Origin: Lytechinus pictus
Taxonomy: Eukaryota
NCBI RefSeq assembly: GCF_037042905.1
Contig: NC_087252.1
Coordinates: 1,242,001-1,306,000 of the forward strand
DNA: 64,000 nucleotides
Direction of reading: 5' to 3'
A program made the position numbers and the translations under genes. Of this stretch, positions 11,732-25,225 are shown one piece after another. The notes beneath the pieces were generated by a model. The model did not search any database. It saw nothing but the letters and a program-made list of their open reading frames with translations, and had not been told where the DNA came from. Position 1 is the stretch's first letter; every line of letters begins with the position of its first letter.

Positions 11732-14029
11732 GTTGCAAGAGCCTTCATCTCTCGCAAAGCATAATCCCCTCCCGCCCATCATACTGAAGCCATACCGACG
11801 AAATTCAACGTTTTACCATTTTCACTTTATATCTCAACCTCTTTTCACAGTGTTTGATAGCAGTAAGACGATGTCATGTCTTCGCTTTAGGATAATTGCT
11901 GCTGCATTGTGTGGAAGACGGCGCTAAACAGTGAAAACCTTCCGGCTAATCAGACATTCAAGCAGTGTAAGTACCTAGTAAATGTATTGGTGTGTTGCAA
12001 GGAAATATTTGCAATCAATTGCAAAGTTTTTTGCAATAACAATTGATATCAATATACACTGCTTGTTGAAAGAAGCAGATTGTTAGTCTAGTGCAAATTT
12101 CAAATTAATTGCAAGTCAATTAATCATTGATTAGAAACAATGCGTACCAAGCGCTTGATAAATGTTGTTTATTGTTTTCATTATTATTTTGATTAGGGGA
12201 CCCAAAATAGTCTTGTAATTGATCGCAATTTTCTTGCAGTGCAATGTTTTCAATTTCTGAATCAATGCCCCTCCCCCCTTGATATGAAAAGTGATACCTC
12301 CTTGATTTTACTTACCCTAACCAGGTAAACCATAACATTTCACTAAGGTATTTTTACATAGCCATGCAATAGCCATGGCAACGGAACGAACTCTCGAAGC
12401 TTGCTTTCATGCTTCGTTCCGCCGTGACGTGAGCTGTCATCAGGATCAATATTCGTCAAATCTTATAATAATCATCACCGACCAAAGAACACTCGACCAT
12501 GATCAGAACATGGACCTAGGTCCATGTTCAGAATAACGGGGTATCAATAAGCTGAATTATGGATATGGCGCCCTTTTATTTGTCATGTTTGTGGTTCGTC
12601 TGTTGTCGAGAAGGGGAAGTACAAGTGAGAGAATGAGAGAGTGAGGGGTGAGATACGGAAACAAAATACTAGTAATCGTTTATAAGACAGGAGAGCGTAA
12701 TCTAAGATTGTACTTTTTTCTTTGTTTTAAAGTACATAGACCTAGTCATTAATTTCATTGACGTCAAAGTTGATTTGATAAAAAGAAGGCCGGCTACTTC
12801 ATACATTGAAAGGCAGTGGCGTAATGATAAAAAATATATATGGGGGGGCTAGATATGGCATATCGCGTAAAATTTATTTTTAAAAGTTGCGAGCGAAGCG
12901 AGAGAGTAAAAATTTCGACATTTGTATTACAAATATCAAAGTTTGTGGTATTTATCTTTATTTATCATACATCACCCTTCTCTCTTTCCTATCCATTTCT
13001 TGCCCTCCTATCCATTTCTTGCCCTTCATTTTTTTTTTCTTGGTCCTGATTTCTGTATGCCATTCCATATCATTTGCAATTTGGGCTTACGCAATAGTAT
13101 ATTACAGCAAGTAGTTTCTAAGACCTTCCCTTTTCACTTGTTTGATGTTATGGTATTTTCCTGCAGAGAGAATTTCAGTATATCAATATATATATCACTC
13201 TATATTTACATGTGTTTGCCATTTGGAAAATATTACATTAAACATCATCAGACAAATATCAGAATGCGCTCTTGGAAGCGCAGGTCGATGAATGGCGCGA
13301 CTTCACATCATAATCATGATAATTTTCGACACATCATGAAGAGGTTTAGGGTCGCTGTCGAAATATATTGGCGCGAAATTTTAAAGCGTGAAGAACAAAC
13401 GGCCAATTATGAATACGTATGCAAACTGCGGACAACACCTGATTGGAAACATGATGATTATGAAAAGGGGAGGGGAGAGTGTTGTGTTGTATGAAATCTA
13501 GAGGAAAGGGCGTCCGTTTACCGAGCAAATATTTGCCCCCTTCTCGGTATGAATGGAAAAGTTTACCCCCACCATCGATTTTTCTCTTACGATGAATTGT
13601 AGTTTAATGAGATGTGTTTTCGAGGTGATGATGATGATGTTTACACGAGGGTCTTGTGAGGAGTCCAGTGAATGGAAAGCAAGGCGAAAGTTCGAGTGGG
13701 GATTTGATAGAGTTAGCTTCTTACGTGTAACAGTGATTGTAATCACTGGCGGTGATAGGTGGTGGTAGGGGGTCGACAGCCCCCATGATCTTTTGAGTAG
13801 TAAAAAGAAAAGATAGTAGAGAAATTGGGTGGGATGGAAAGGAAGAAAGACAAGTTATAGAAATAAAAGGTCGGGTCGTGGGACTTACCAATACACCCCT
13901 AATTCAATTTTATTGATAAAAACAAATGGCATCATCTTTTAGTTCTCTTACACAATTAAAAATATTTCGTAGCCGTCCCTGATTGTATGTTAACCAACGA
14001 CCCCTCTCAATATCTTGCCCCTCCCCCTT

Positions 14030-14600
14030 TCTATCCCCACCCCCCCCCCCCTCTCCGTAGCTCCCCCCCCTTTCCTCTCTCTCCCCTCCCTCACACACAC
14101 ACACATACACCCTCACACTCTCTCTCTCCCCCTCCCTCACACACACACCCACACACACTATCCCTTCCCTCACACACGCTCCCACACACACACTCTCTCT
14201 CTCCCCCTCCCTCACACACACTCTCTCTCCCCCTTCCCTCACACACGCTCCCACACACACACTCTCTCTCCCCTCCCTCACACACACGCTCCATCTCACA
14301 CACTCTCTCTCCCCCTTCCCTCACACACACTCTCTCTCTCCCTTCCCTCACGCACGCTCCCACACACACTCCCTCAAACACACTCTCTCTCCCCCTCCCT
14401 CACACACACACGCACCATCTCACACACTCTCTCTCCCCCTTCCCTCACACACACTCTCTCTCTCCCTTCCCTCACACACGCTCCCACACACACTCTCTCG
14501 ACCCCTCCTTCACACACACACACACTCTTTCTCCCCCTCTCTCTCCCCCCCCCCCCCCCCTCCCTCTCTCTCCCTCTCTCTCTCTCTTACTCTCTCTATA
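14030..14600. repeat. Compound (CT)/(CA)/poly-C minisatellite
   Basis: Repeated TCTCTCTCCCCYTCCCTCACACAC units; plus strand almost devoid of G. Confidence 0.9.
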
Positions 14601-15076
14601 AAAAAAAAGAACGGTATTGGAAGCAGGTGATTTGCGATTATTTCCAGGGCATGGTGTATCAATAATAACTACTTTATTGCTTTGGGCTGAGCGTTGTACA
14701 AGAGTCCTCGTATGAAGGGGGGGGTGCCTGTGAAGTAGAGGGAGAGAAGGGGGGGCTATCGACCTCTACCAGGGCCTACACACGTGAATCATCATTGCAA
14801 GTTTTGAATGTACATATTTTTAATTAATGCGATTATATCAACCATTATATTTCATATGTAGTCATTTCAATAGTAGGCCTACCCACCTGCCACCAACGAT
14901 TATTCTTAGAAATGGATGTAAGGACACATTTCAAGATAACAATATTTTCGTATAGCGCAAGAAAAAAAAACAGCGAGTTATTTTTAACCATCTTCGATCG
15001 TCTTTTATTTTGCATGCAAGTAAAACGATTGTTGAATACTGCCCTCATCGGTAGGGGCATTTCATAAAACCACCTG

Positions 15077-15233
15077 GGGAGCGTTTCATGAAAGGACTTG
15101 TCGGACGTTTTATCCGACAAGTCCCATTTTATCCGACAGTTGCTATAGTAACAGTGCTTCTCAACCAATCAGAATCCAGGAAAGTTGTCAGATCTGACAA
15201 CTTGTCGGACAAAAATATTGATGAAACGCCCCC
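15077..15233. mobile_element. PIF/Harbinger-like MITE
   Basis: TIR GGGAGCGTTTCAT / ATGAAACGCCCCC; 3-bp TSD CTG; inverted relative at about 54650-54804. Confidence 0.75.
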
Positions 15234-18200
15234 CTGCTCTCCAACAGAGAAAATTTGACTTAAAAAAAAAGAGAGAAAGAGAGACTCGATGTGAATTATT
15301 CGTTCTGATGATGTTCTTTTGTAAGACAGAGTGAAAATGTTGAATATTGGTAAAAAGTCGGGTTTAGTTTGTGAGGGGAAGGAAGAGTGAAGGGCGAATA
15401 ATTGGAGGGGGGGTTGGAGTGAGGGAAGGAGGGGCTATAGGCCGGGGCTATAGGGAGACAAATCATGTAGACGGACAGATGTATGTTTAAGGTCCTCATT
15501 GTATAACATTATGAGTAGGCCAACAATAATAAATCAAAATCATGAAATTTACATCAGCGATGTTATATCACATTAAAAGACAATGTGATGAAATAAATCT
15601 TTAATCTTTAATCTTATCCAAATTAAGATATCACGATTTATTGCATAAAATCACAATAAAAAATTATTCAACGCCCTAAAGCAGAAACAGTTATATCTCA
15701 ATAGCAATAAAAATGTTATCCAAAATAACAAATCATGGTTTAATGCATGATAAATAATCACAATGCAAAATCATTTAAAATTCTAACGCCAAGATAGTGA
15801 GAGGGTGGGATGGCGAGGAGGGGCACGGATGTCGATTGAGAGAACGGATGGCGAGAAAAGCAACATTTCAGAGCGTAGCATAATATTGATATAGTTGGTT
15901 TTCTATGAAGGGAAACCGGAAGTGACAGGTGAAGCAAACTTTTCCTTCTTAAATCGTTACTGTACGAGTCACTATTTTATATATTTTTTCAAACTATGGT
16001 GGACAGAAAAAGAAGAAAGAAGTATTTTCTCCCGCTTTGGCTTAAGGTGTTGATCTTTACTAGGAATTGGTGATTGGTAGGTCAAATATAATGATACGTA
16101 TTTTGACAAGGTCTTAATTAAACTATTAGGCAAATGCTGAATAAATCATGATTGTTACCCGTTTAAAAGGGTACCAACACTTTACTTTGTTGAACATAAT
16201 TTGTACAGAAGTGAACACCTTTTCATATCTAGTTTTTCATTCATCATGATTACTGTTTGATTTCTGTGCCTAAACAACGAAGGATGAAAGCAAAACTATC
16301 CAGCTGTCTATTAACAAACCATACCTTATAATTGCTAGTTTAATATGTAAAAGTGATTATCACATTTGACTCAAAATCAAAATCATATTTCCAGCTTTTC
16401 TTGTTATTATTATCTAGATTTGCTCCCAGCCAATCAAATGCACATATTTTTAGTGGCTTATAACATCTGTCTGTTACAATCACTGACCAAAACTTTTTGT
16501 GATATGGGTCCTCGGAGTCATGGGAGGTGAAATGGTGTCAGTGACTTGCCTCCTTTACCCCTGGCTAAAAATAAAGCTTTTTCAAGTGTTTACATAAAGG
16601 AACTTAATAAAACTCGCCTGCCCCGCCCATACCACTTCAACTGACATACATTATCGCTTGATATGACCGACTTTATACCAAAAGATAATCAATTTCAATT
16701 TTAGAAACCCCTTCCCCGTGTTCTATCGCTACCTTTACATGAACAATCAATCGCCTCCGTCCACTTGTTATCCCCCGAACCTTTCAAAAGAAGCAATAGT
16801 CAAAGATGTATGTTGTAGAACTCAGGTGTTATTATTTCATAGGATTAGCACCTATTGAATGAGCGTTGGACTGGATCAATTATTAGATGATGCATTGGTG
16901 TGAATCTTCATTAATTATGGATGAAGCGCCTTTGGAAGGTGTTGCCTAGCAACGAACGACGCTTTTTTTTTTCGGAAGCCGAAGGGTGGGGAATGATTGC
17001 ATGATAAAGTCAACTTTGAATATTAATATTCCGGAGGAGATAGCAATCATCATGGTCATGCTTCTATTCAATTAAATATATATGATGAGATGAGATTGCA
17101 GGCAGCGCCACGGCAATTTGTTTTATAGGGGTGGGGTTAGGATCGGCCTATTTAGCTTGATTTATCATGTTTATATTATTATTTAAAAGTAGGTCCTAGG
17201 GTATACATACTCAAGACTAACCCTTTCTTTCTTCTCTCTTCATTTATACTTAGAAATATATAGGGTTGTTCTCTCCTAGCCTGCCCCCCCCCCCCCCCCC
17301 GTTACACTAAAAATCATGCACTGCCGATTAAGCAAGTATTCCGAAGATCTAAACTTATTTCAAATGTCTTGACTTCATGGACTTGTTTTATATTTCTTCC
17401 TTTGAGTATAAGTGTGTGTGTGTGTGGGGGGGGGGTCGATACCATGATATGTAATTGTGTATATAATTGTACTTCTTTCATTTTTGAATTGTCAATAATC
17501 CAACTGCTGTGGTTGCAATGAGTTAATAAATAGATAGATATTTTTTTGGCAAGAGCTTTAGAAAGCGCTCACTGATTTGTTGTTCCACGATGGAAGTGAC
17601 GTAACGGTAAAAAAATAACGGTTTGAAGCAGTTTGAGGCGGATAAAAATCAGACATACTGTCCACACAACAATCGGTTTAAACCAATACTGTGGAGTTTT
17701 GACCCAACGCAAATACAAAAACTCAATAGTTCGTAAGATTTGAACAATATGTAAGTGGACAGTATGTTGCCCAGTGTTGGTTAAAGTTTTGCTCAAATTT
17801 TTAAGAGTTTTCCAACAATTCTAAATATCATTTGTAACTATACTTGTGTGATTTACAGACGTGTAGCAATCACAGACATTGTCCGTGGCATATTATGCCA
17901 CATATTATACAGGAGAGTGTTATACCTGGTTTAAGAGATACACGGATGCAATTAATTCTACTCTTAATGATTTTACATTGACTTGCATTTACACTTATTG
18001 TACAGTTTATTACATTTTTTACTATATGTAGATAGTTCCAACATACACTTTCAATCAAGGTGTTGGATATCAATAAACATTGTATTAAGGTGGATAGTAT
18101 TTAATCGATCAATGTAGGTCATTAAATTTTGTGCTTGAGTTGCAAAGCTCAACATTATAGGGTAAAATCAATAAGTACATCAATGGTTTTATTACCGATT

Positions 18201-18438
18201 CCACAAGTCCCATGCGCTGAGAAAATGCACTTTGAGTGACCCATTAGGCTTCAAGGTTGGAAACTGGAAAGTGCATATTTATGTTAAAATACGACCTGGT
18301 ATTTTGTTTTGACTGTTTATTATTTTGCTGATATAGTAGGAGATATTTAAACATTAATAGGATTATCTTCACTGGTGGCATCAATAGAATGAATAAGGGG
18401 CATATTATGGGCAAAGTTTCAAACCGGGAGGGGGACTA

Positions 18439-18611
18439 CACTCTTAAAAATGTTGGTCAGTATACTGTCCACACAACATTTGCCTAAAACTTTACCCAAT
18501 TCTGTGCTTTGGGTGAAAACTACACAGTAATGATTAAAAACTACCCAGATTTTGATAATTTTTTTAATCAATTGTTGTGTGGACAGTATGTTGCCAAACA
18601 TTTTAAGAGTG
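18439..18611. mobile_element. MITE with CACTC termini and TA flanks
   Basis: TA|CACTCTTAAAAATGTT...AACATTTTTAAGAGTG|TA; relative at about 17600-17808. Confidence 0.75.
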
Positions 18612-18884
18612 TATATTTCTTATTTTTGTGCAAGAGAGCTCAGCGACCAAGCGAAAGAAAGTGCAAAGTTGGTATTTAAAATACTACAATATTAATTTAC
18701 TGTGCTTGCTTCTTTTCAATATGGGCGACGATTCTGACTAGAGGGGACGAATGCCCCAACCCCAACTCTTTTTTTCTGCCACTGCCTATTCTATCTTGCC
18801 GAATGCAAAAAAAAATAGCAAGTGAGTATTATTTGTATTGGGATATCTCTATTAGTATTCTTCTTCCTTGAACCCCCCCCCCCC

Positions 18885-18918
<34 letters not shown>

Positions 18919-19764
18919 ATATCCTTAATAATTATCCTTTCTGCTGCAGGTGAAAATGAAACACAATTTTTTATTATTTCTAGGATCATGAAAATGATGT
19001 TTGTTTGTTTTTAATGTGATAGATTTCTGTTCATGTGTATACAATGTATTAATGAAACATTTGACCTAGTTTAAATCCTTAATCATTGTGTCACGTACTC
19101 GAAGGGGAATCCAATTGAAACGTCGTAAGTCAATAGTCCTCAATAGTCTACAAATCTACATTATAAATGGTTAATCTTCTTTGCGTCATATTTAATTGAT
19201 CAATGTTCGCTGTCCGAAGCGTATGTAAGAACCTGGACATATCGAAATAATGGGCCTTTGTCTTTTAATTGCAGGGTACTTAATGATGATAATACGATGT
19301 TGATACGGAGTGAACCCCAAGGTAAATTCTAGATAATCAAACAAACGGTGGCTATTGATCCAATAGTTAATTGGCCTAATCAATAGGTATAATCGATAGG
19401 CTTGTTTTGTTTAAAGTGGGGTAGTTTTCACTGTTTTGTTTTTTCGAAGGCCGTATGAAATGAAGCAAGACCCACTCACGCCTTTCCTTAGAATTCCCCA
19501 AACTTTCAATGACCCATTCTCACTGATCTGACATCGATAATTAGTTCTGCTGTCCACGAGCAAGACCGTCTCATACTGGCGCCTGAAAATGCCCCTCCCC
19601 CACAAAAAACGAAAACAAACACAAAACATAACCAAAATAAATAAACAAACAAATAAATAAATAAATGAATGAATGAATGAATAAATAAATAAATAAACAA
19701 ATAAATAAATAAATAAATAAATGATTATATAATATATAAATAAAACTTTGTCAGGATAATCAGA

Positions 19765-20055
19765 ATGATGGTGATGTGAAGGTGATGATTATTGATCAAT
19801 ATGATCATGGTTATGATTGTGATGATGGTGGTACTGGTGGTGGTGATAATGATGGTGGTGATGATGGTAATGATGTTGATGATGGTAATGATGTTGACGA
19901 TGATGATGATGATGATGGTAATGATGTTGACGATGATGATGATGATGATGATAATGATAATGATGATGTGATGATGATGATGACGATGATAATGATATGA
20001 TGATAAGGATGATGATGATGATAATGATGATGATGATGATGATGATAATGATGAC
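19765..20055. repeat. (GAT)n-rich microsatellite
   Basis: Direct inspection. Confidence 0.9.
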
Positions 20056-20283
20056 TAAAAAATGTATGTGGTAAACTGTACCAATAAATGGCTCATATTT
20101 GAAGTACATGACTTGTAATTTCATTTTCCCGCATTTCTAATGTATTTTTGGTGTAACCGACCATCTCTTAATTTCCACTCTTTTTTTCTTTCCCGCCCAT
20201 GATCTTTCTATTCATCACCCCCCCCCCCTCCCCCTCCTCTTACAACCTCACTACCTCAGGTCGATTTTTAAGACCATTCCTCA

Positions 20284-23200
20284 TAGTAGACTTGTTAACT
20301 GCAAAAAAAGGGGTGAACGCTGCATTTTTTAGTACAAATGTCCCACTTGGCACAAATGTTCCTTGAGTCAAAAGAAAAGGATTCATCCAAAGAGACACGC
20401 TGTATCTATGCAAATAAGCAAGTAATTTGCATAAATTTGCATATTATATCGATATAGTAAAAACAAGTATTTCAGAATATATTTTTAACCAGAACTGCCC
20501 TAAAATTGGAAATAAAGACTTAGGGTAAGAAAGGGAAGAAAATTGTCATAAAATAATTGGGATATCCTTGTTTATTATTACCTAATTTACATAAATTATG
20601 CAAATTATAATTTAAAACAAAGTATTTTTTCATGAATCCTGAACTGTTTTATAAATAACAGCAATTAATACACAATGTCAACATTCTACATGAAAGAGAA
20701 TATATTAGCGAAAACATCGATATGCTTCATGACAGTATTAGTGTCTTAATTTGCTTAGAAAGAGGGCAAATATGTCCAAATGTATGACGTGATATTGCGC
20801 TAAAACGAGACCAAAACAATCTTTATGTCACAGTCACACTCACGAATCGGACAATAAAGCGATCAATGGTATGTCATTCGAGATAACACAATCTCAACAC
20901 AATAGCTTCCATCGGCTTCTCGTATCGCTTTTGTTGGTGTGTCTGCCACACCGTAATCTATGATATATACGGACAAAATGCATTTCGGTATCGGTAAAAC
21001 ACTATTAATTTTGTTTTATTTGTTTCTAATTTACAGGAGACATTGCTTTGCAGGTTACTGCTTTAATGAAACTCTGGCACATGAATCATGACGAATGTAC
21101 CCCACCTCAATCCATTTTAACTTTGTTAAAATATATATCTTTTGGAGACCCCAAAGTGGCAAAACTGCATTCCCCGCGGCATTCCCGCTACTTTACAAAA
21201 CCAGTTTGACTTGTATTATCGACTTGGAAAAGACAGATGTATGAGACATCAGTTAACATGTTTCCAGAAGATAGTTTTTTTTATTTAAGCCTACGTCCAT
21301 GGGAGCCCTCCGAATTTACCCCATCCCCTCTCTGTATTTCGACACTAAATAAAAAAAATATATCGTGTTTTAAAGCCACCGGCAAGGCAAATTGCGTTTT
21401 TGGTATAATAAAGCAACTTTTATATCTATATTTCATATTTATCTATATTAATATTATTATTATCATTAATATTATTATTATTATTATTGTTATTATTATT
21501 ATTGTTGTTGTTGTTTTGCAGTTTGTAATAATGTTCTAGCACAGTAAAGGCTATAACCCAACAGGAGCATGCCTAGGATACCCTTTCCCCTTTTGGTTTT
21601 ATGTATTCAAAAATAGTTTATTGTCTTTAGAACTCATATCTTGGAATAGATTGAGGTGAAAATACTCTACAATTGACATGTAGAAGAGCTGTGGTACATT
21701 GAAGAAAAGCCACACGTAAGCTCTAAAATACCCCTTTATTGATTCCACTCTATGTTAAATTTAAATATTTTTAGAGTCCATTCGGAAGAAAGATACATTT
21801 ACAGTAAAGCCTCTTTACTTTCTCCTCTTGAAAAAAAAAAAACATAGAAGGCATTGTTTTATATCGCATAAAATAAGTTCGTGTACATGACGGTGGCCTG
21901 TCGAAGTTGCCCAACCCTTTATTTTGTTTTGACAATATATATTTAGAATATCGTCTAAATGAAGTCCTCATCTGGAAAAGGGCACTTATTAAAGGCAGCA
22001 TCTACATTATATAGAGGAGGCCCTGGTACTTGGAAGCGGGGGCTGAAGCACCCGCAAGACTTTTCTGAAGGGGGGGGGGCTGTGCTGCGTGTGTTATTCT
22101 CCATAGACAGCACCCCCTGGAATTCCGGCAGATGTGACAAAACGAAAAAAAGAAACGTTACCAAAAACAAACCCTTCATTTTGTAGTGCAATCCATTTTG
22201 TTTATTTGCTTGTTAAATTTCTTGATGTTAATTTGAAAAGCAAAAAAGTTTCAATGTAAAATTTTTTGTCCGAAGAAATTTAACAAGCTTCAGCCCCCTC
22301 TTCCAAGTACCAGGGCCTCCTCTATATAATGTAGATGCTGCCTTTAATAAGTGCCCTTTTCCAGATGAGGGCTTCATTTAGACGATATTCTAAATATATA
22401 TTGTCAAAACAAAATAAACGGTTGGGCAACTTCGACAGGCCACCGTCATGTACACGAACTTATTTTATGAGATATAAAACAATGCCTTCTATGTTTTTTT
22501 TTAAGAGGATAATGCAAAGAATATACAAATATAGATATAAAAGTTGCTTTATTATACCAAAAAACGCAATTTGCCTTGCCGATGATTTTAAAACACGATA
22601 TTTTTTTATTTAAAGTCGAAATACGGAGAGGGGATGGGGTAAATTCGGAGGGCTCCCGTGGGCGTAGGCTTAAATAAACAAAAAAAAAACTTTCTTCAGG
22701 AAACACGTTGACTGATGTCTCATACATCTGTCTTTTCCAAGTCGATTATACAAGTCAAACTGGTTTTGTGGCGGGAATGCAGGGGGATGCAGTTTTGCCA
22801 CCTCGGGGTCTCCAAAAAGATATATATTTTAATAAAGTTAAAATATGGATTGAGGTAGGATACATTCGTCATGATTCATGTGCCAGAGTTTCATTAAAGC
22901 AGTAACCTGCAAAGCAATGTCTCCTGTAAATTAGAAACAAATAAAACAAAATTAATAGTGTTTTACCGATACCGAAATGCATTTTGTCCGTATATATCAT
23001 AGATTACGGTGTGGCAGACACACCAACAAAAGCGATACGAGAAGCCGATGGAAGCTATTGTGTTGAGATTGTGTTATCTCGAATGACATACCATTGATCG
23101 CTTTATTGTCCGATTCGTGAGTGTGACTGGACATAAAGATTGTTTTGGTCTCGTTTTAGCGCAATATCACGTCATACATTTTGACATATTTGCCCTCTTT

Positions 23201-23664
23201 CTAAGCAAATTAAGACACTAATACTGTCATGAAGCATATCGATGTTTTCGCTAATATATTCTCTTTCATGTAGAATGTTGACATTGTGTATTAGTTGCTG
23301 TTTTTTAAAAGCAGTTCAGGATTCATGAAAAAATACTCTGTTTTAAATTATAATTTGCATAATTTATGTAAATTAGGTAATAATAAACAAGGATATCCCA
23401 ATTATTTTATGACAATTTTCTTCCCTTTCTTACCCTAAGTCTTTATTTCCAATTTTAGGGCAGTTCTGGTTAAATATATATTCTGAAATACTTGTTTTTA
23501 CTATATCGACATAATATGCAAATTTATGCAAATTACTTGCTTATTTGCATAGATACAGCGTGTCTCTTTGGATGAATCTCTTTCTTTTGACTCAAGGAAC
23601 ATTTGTGCCAAGTGGGACATTTGTACTCAAAAATGCAGCGTTCAACCTCTTAACAAGTCTACTA
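20284..23664. mobile_element. 3.4-kb palindromic non-autonomous DNA transposon, Academ-like
   Basis: Arms 20284-22049 and 22287-23664 are near-identical reverse complements; termini TAGTAGAC...GTCTACTA; 3-bp flanking duplication TCA; no transposase ORF. Confidence 0.8.
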
Positions 23665-25049
23665 TCACTGGTAAAATACGACGCATTCACGGTGGTGCAC
23701 GCAGCATGAACCAAGAGATAACAAATCGATATCACTCTTCCCTTCTTTGTCTAGCTATCGATCCCTATATCATGCCAAGTCGTCAGCTAATATGTTGGCT
23801 GCCCCTCAGTAAGCGATACCTCTCATTAGCATTGTCTTTCGGGTTCACTAGGGGTATTTGTGGTCAGAGGATCTTCACTCGTCAGATAGTTAAGACTCAA
23901 TAACTGCGAGCTCAACCGTGCAAATTCAGAAGAAACATCAGAAAAACATAGACCCTTGCAGGTGTCAGAGGCTTTGTGATTCCAGTAATTCAAATGATGC
24001 CTTTTCTTTCTTTGAACGCGGGACAAACGAAGCTGTGAATTTCATCCACGCTTCGATAGGATTTTCTACGATTTTAAATTTTGATTGAATCATTGGGATG
24101 TAACGTTGATCATGATTGACATATTTGGGACAAACAAAAAACGACGCTGGATATTTTGACCAGGGATCACTTCGAATTTCTACGATTTTCATTTTTCTTT
24201 ATTTATTTGAACGTCGCTTTGATTTGGACAGACGTTTAGAAGTGAACACGCAGATGTTTCTTATGATGTAAACACTTTCGAGTTGATCTCTCTGGAATAA
24301 AACTGGACGTTCTCAAATGGCCTACGGATAAATAGTGTTAACTAACAGTAATGGGTTAGGTGACTTCGGTTGGATACATTCAAATCAACTCTAGATCGTC
24401 CCATCTGATCAGGGGAGATTGAATTCTCTTATTTTTTGCGGCATACTGTTTCCATGGAAATTTTTATATACTCATCATGATCGTAGTTGTTTAGCTGTCC
24501 TGATCTAGTAGCACTCTGATCAAGGAACTTAACGAGTGAGTGTTGAATCTCTCAAGTATTTTCGTTCGTTGGCTAGGATGTTGTAGCAAATCTAGTAACC
24601 AAAATTGATCCTGTAATATAATAATAACAATTATTATTATAATCAGTATTATCATTATTATCATCATCATCATTACATATTACTAATACTTGTGTGGAAA
24701 TTTATACGGATGTTTAAAAGTGCGCTGGTGGGTAGACTGATAAAAAATAATCTATCACAGTCAAAAGAAAATAAAAGATAAACGTTTCTTTACCTTCTCA
24801 TTAATTTTTTTATTTGTTTGCTTTAACATGGAAATATAGAATCGTAAGCATGGACATCATATATTTACTTTTCATTAGAATTGATTTGGAATCATTGAGA
24901 CAAAAATATGCATTAATATTACCCCTTTCTCCATATTATTTATTCATGCATATATTGTTTCATTCGTCAATTTTCCTTTATTTCTTTATAAGTCGATTGA
25001 TTTATGTATTGATATTCTGAATACATTGGTCATGTTGGAAAATATTTCA

Positions 25050-25225
25050 TCATGATTGTCAATATTGTTTATCATGACTATCATGATGATTATCAACTTT
25101 GCCATCATAGTCATTATAATCATCGTCGTCATTACCTTCGTCATCATCATCATTATCATCGTCATCATCATCGTCATCATCATCATCACCATTATCATCA
25201 TCATCATCATCATCACCATCATCAT
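25050..25225. repeat. (ATC)n-rich microsatellite
   Basis: Direct inspection. Confidence 0.9.

Noticed and set aside
12922..13494. 190-aa ORF
   Set aside because: Starts in a pyrimidine-rich repeat with a non-ATG codon; no domain and no convincing splice context.
13910..14665. His/Thr/Pro/Leu-rich ORFs of 96-216 aa
   Set aside because: Translations of the CT/CA minisatellite, open in several frames on both strands.
19776..20124. Poly-Asp, poly-His and poly-Ile ORFs (also 24986-25333, 34553-34774, 45231-45669)
   Set aside because: Trinucleotide microsatellite artefacts.
21237..22905. Pairs of near-identical short ORFs on opposite strands
   Set aside because: Mirror products of the palindrome arms; no transposase or other domain motifs.
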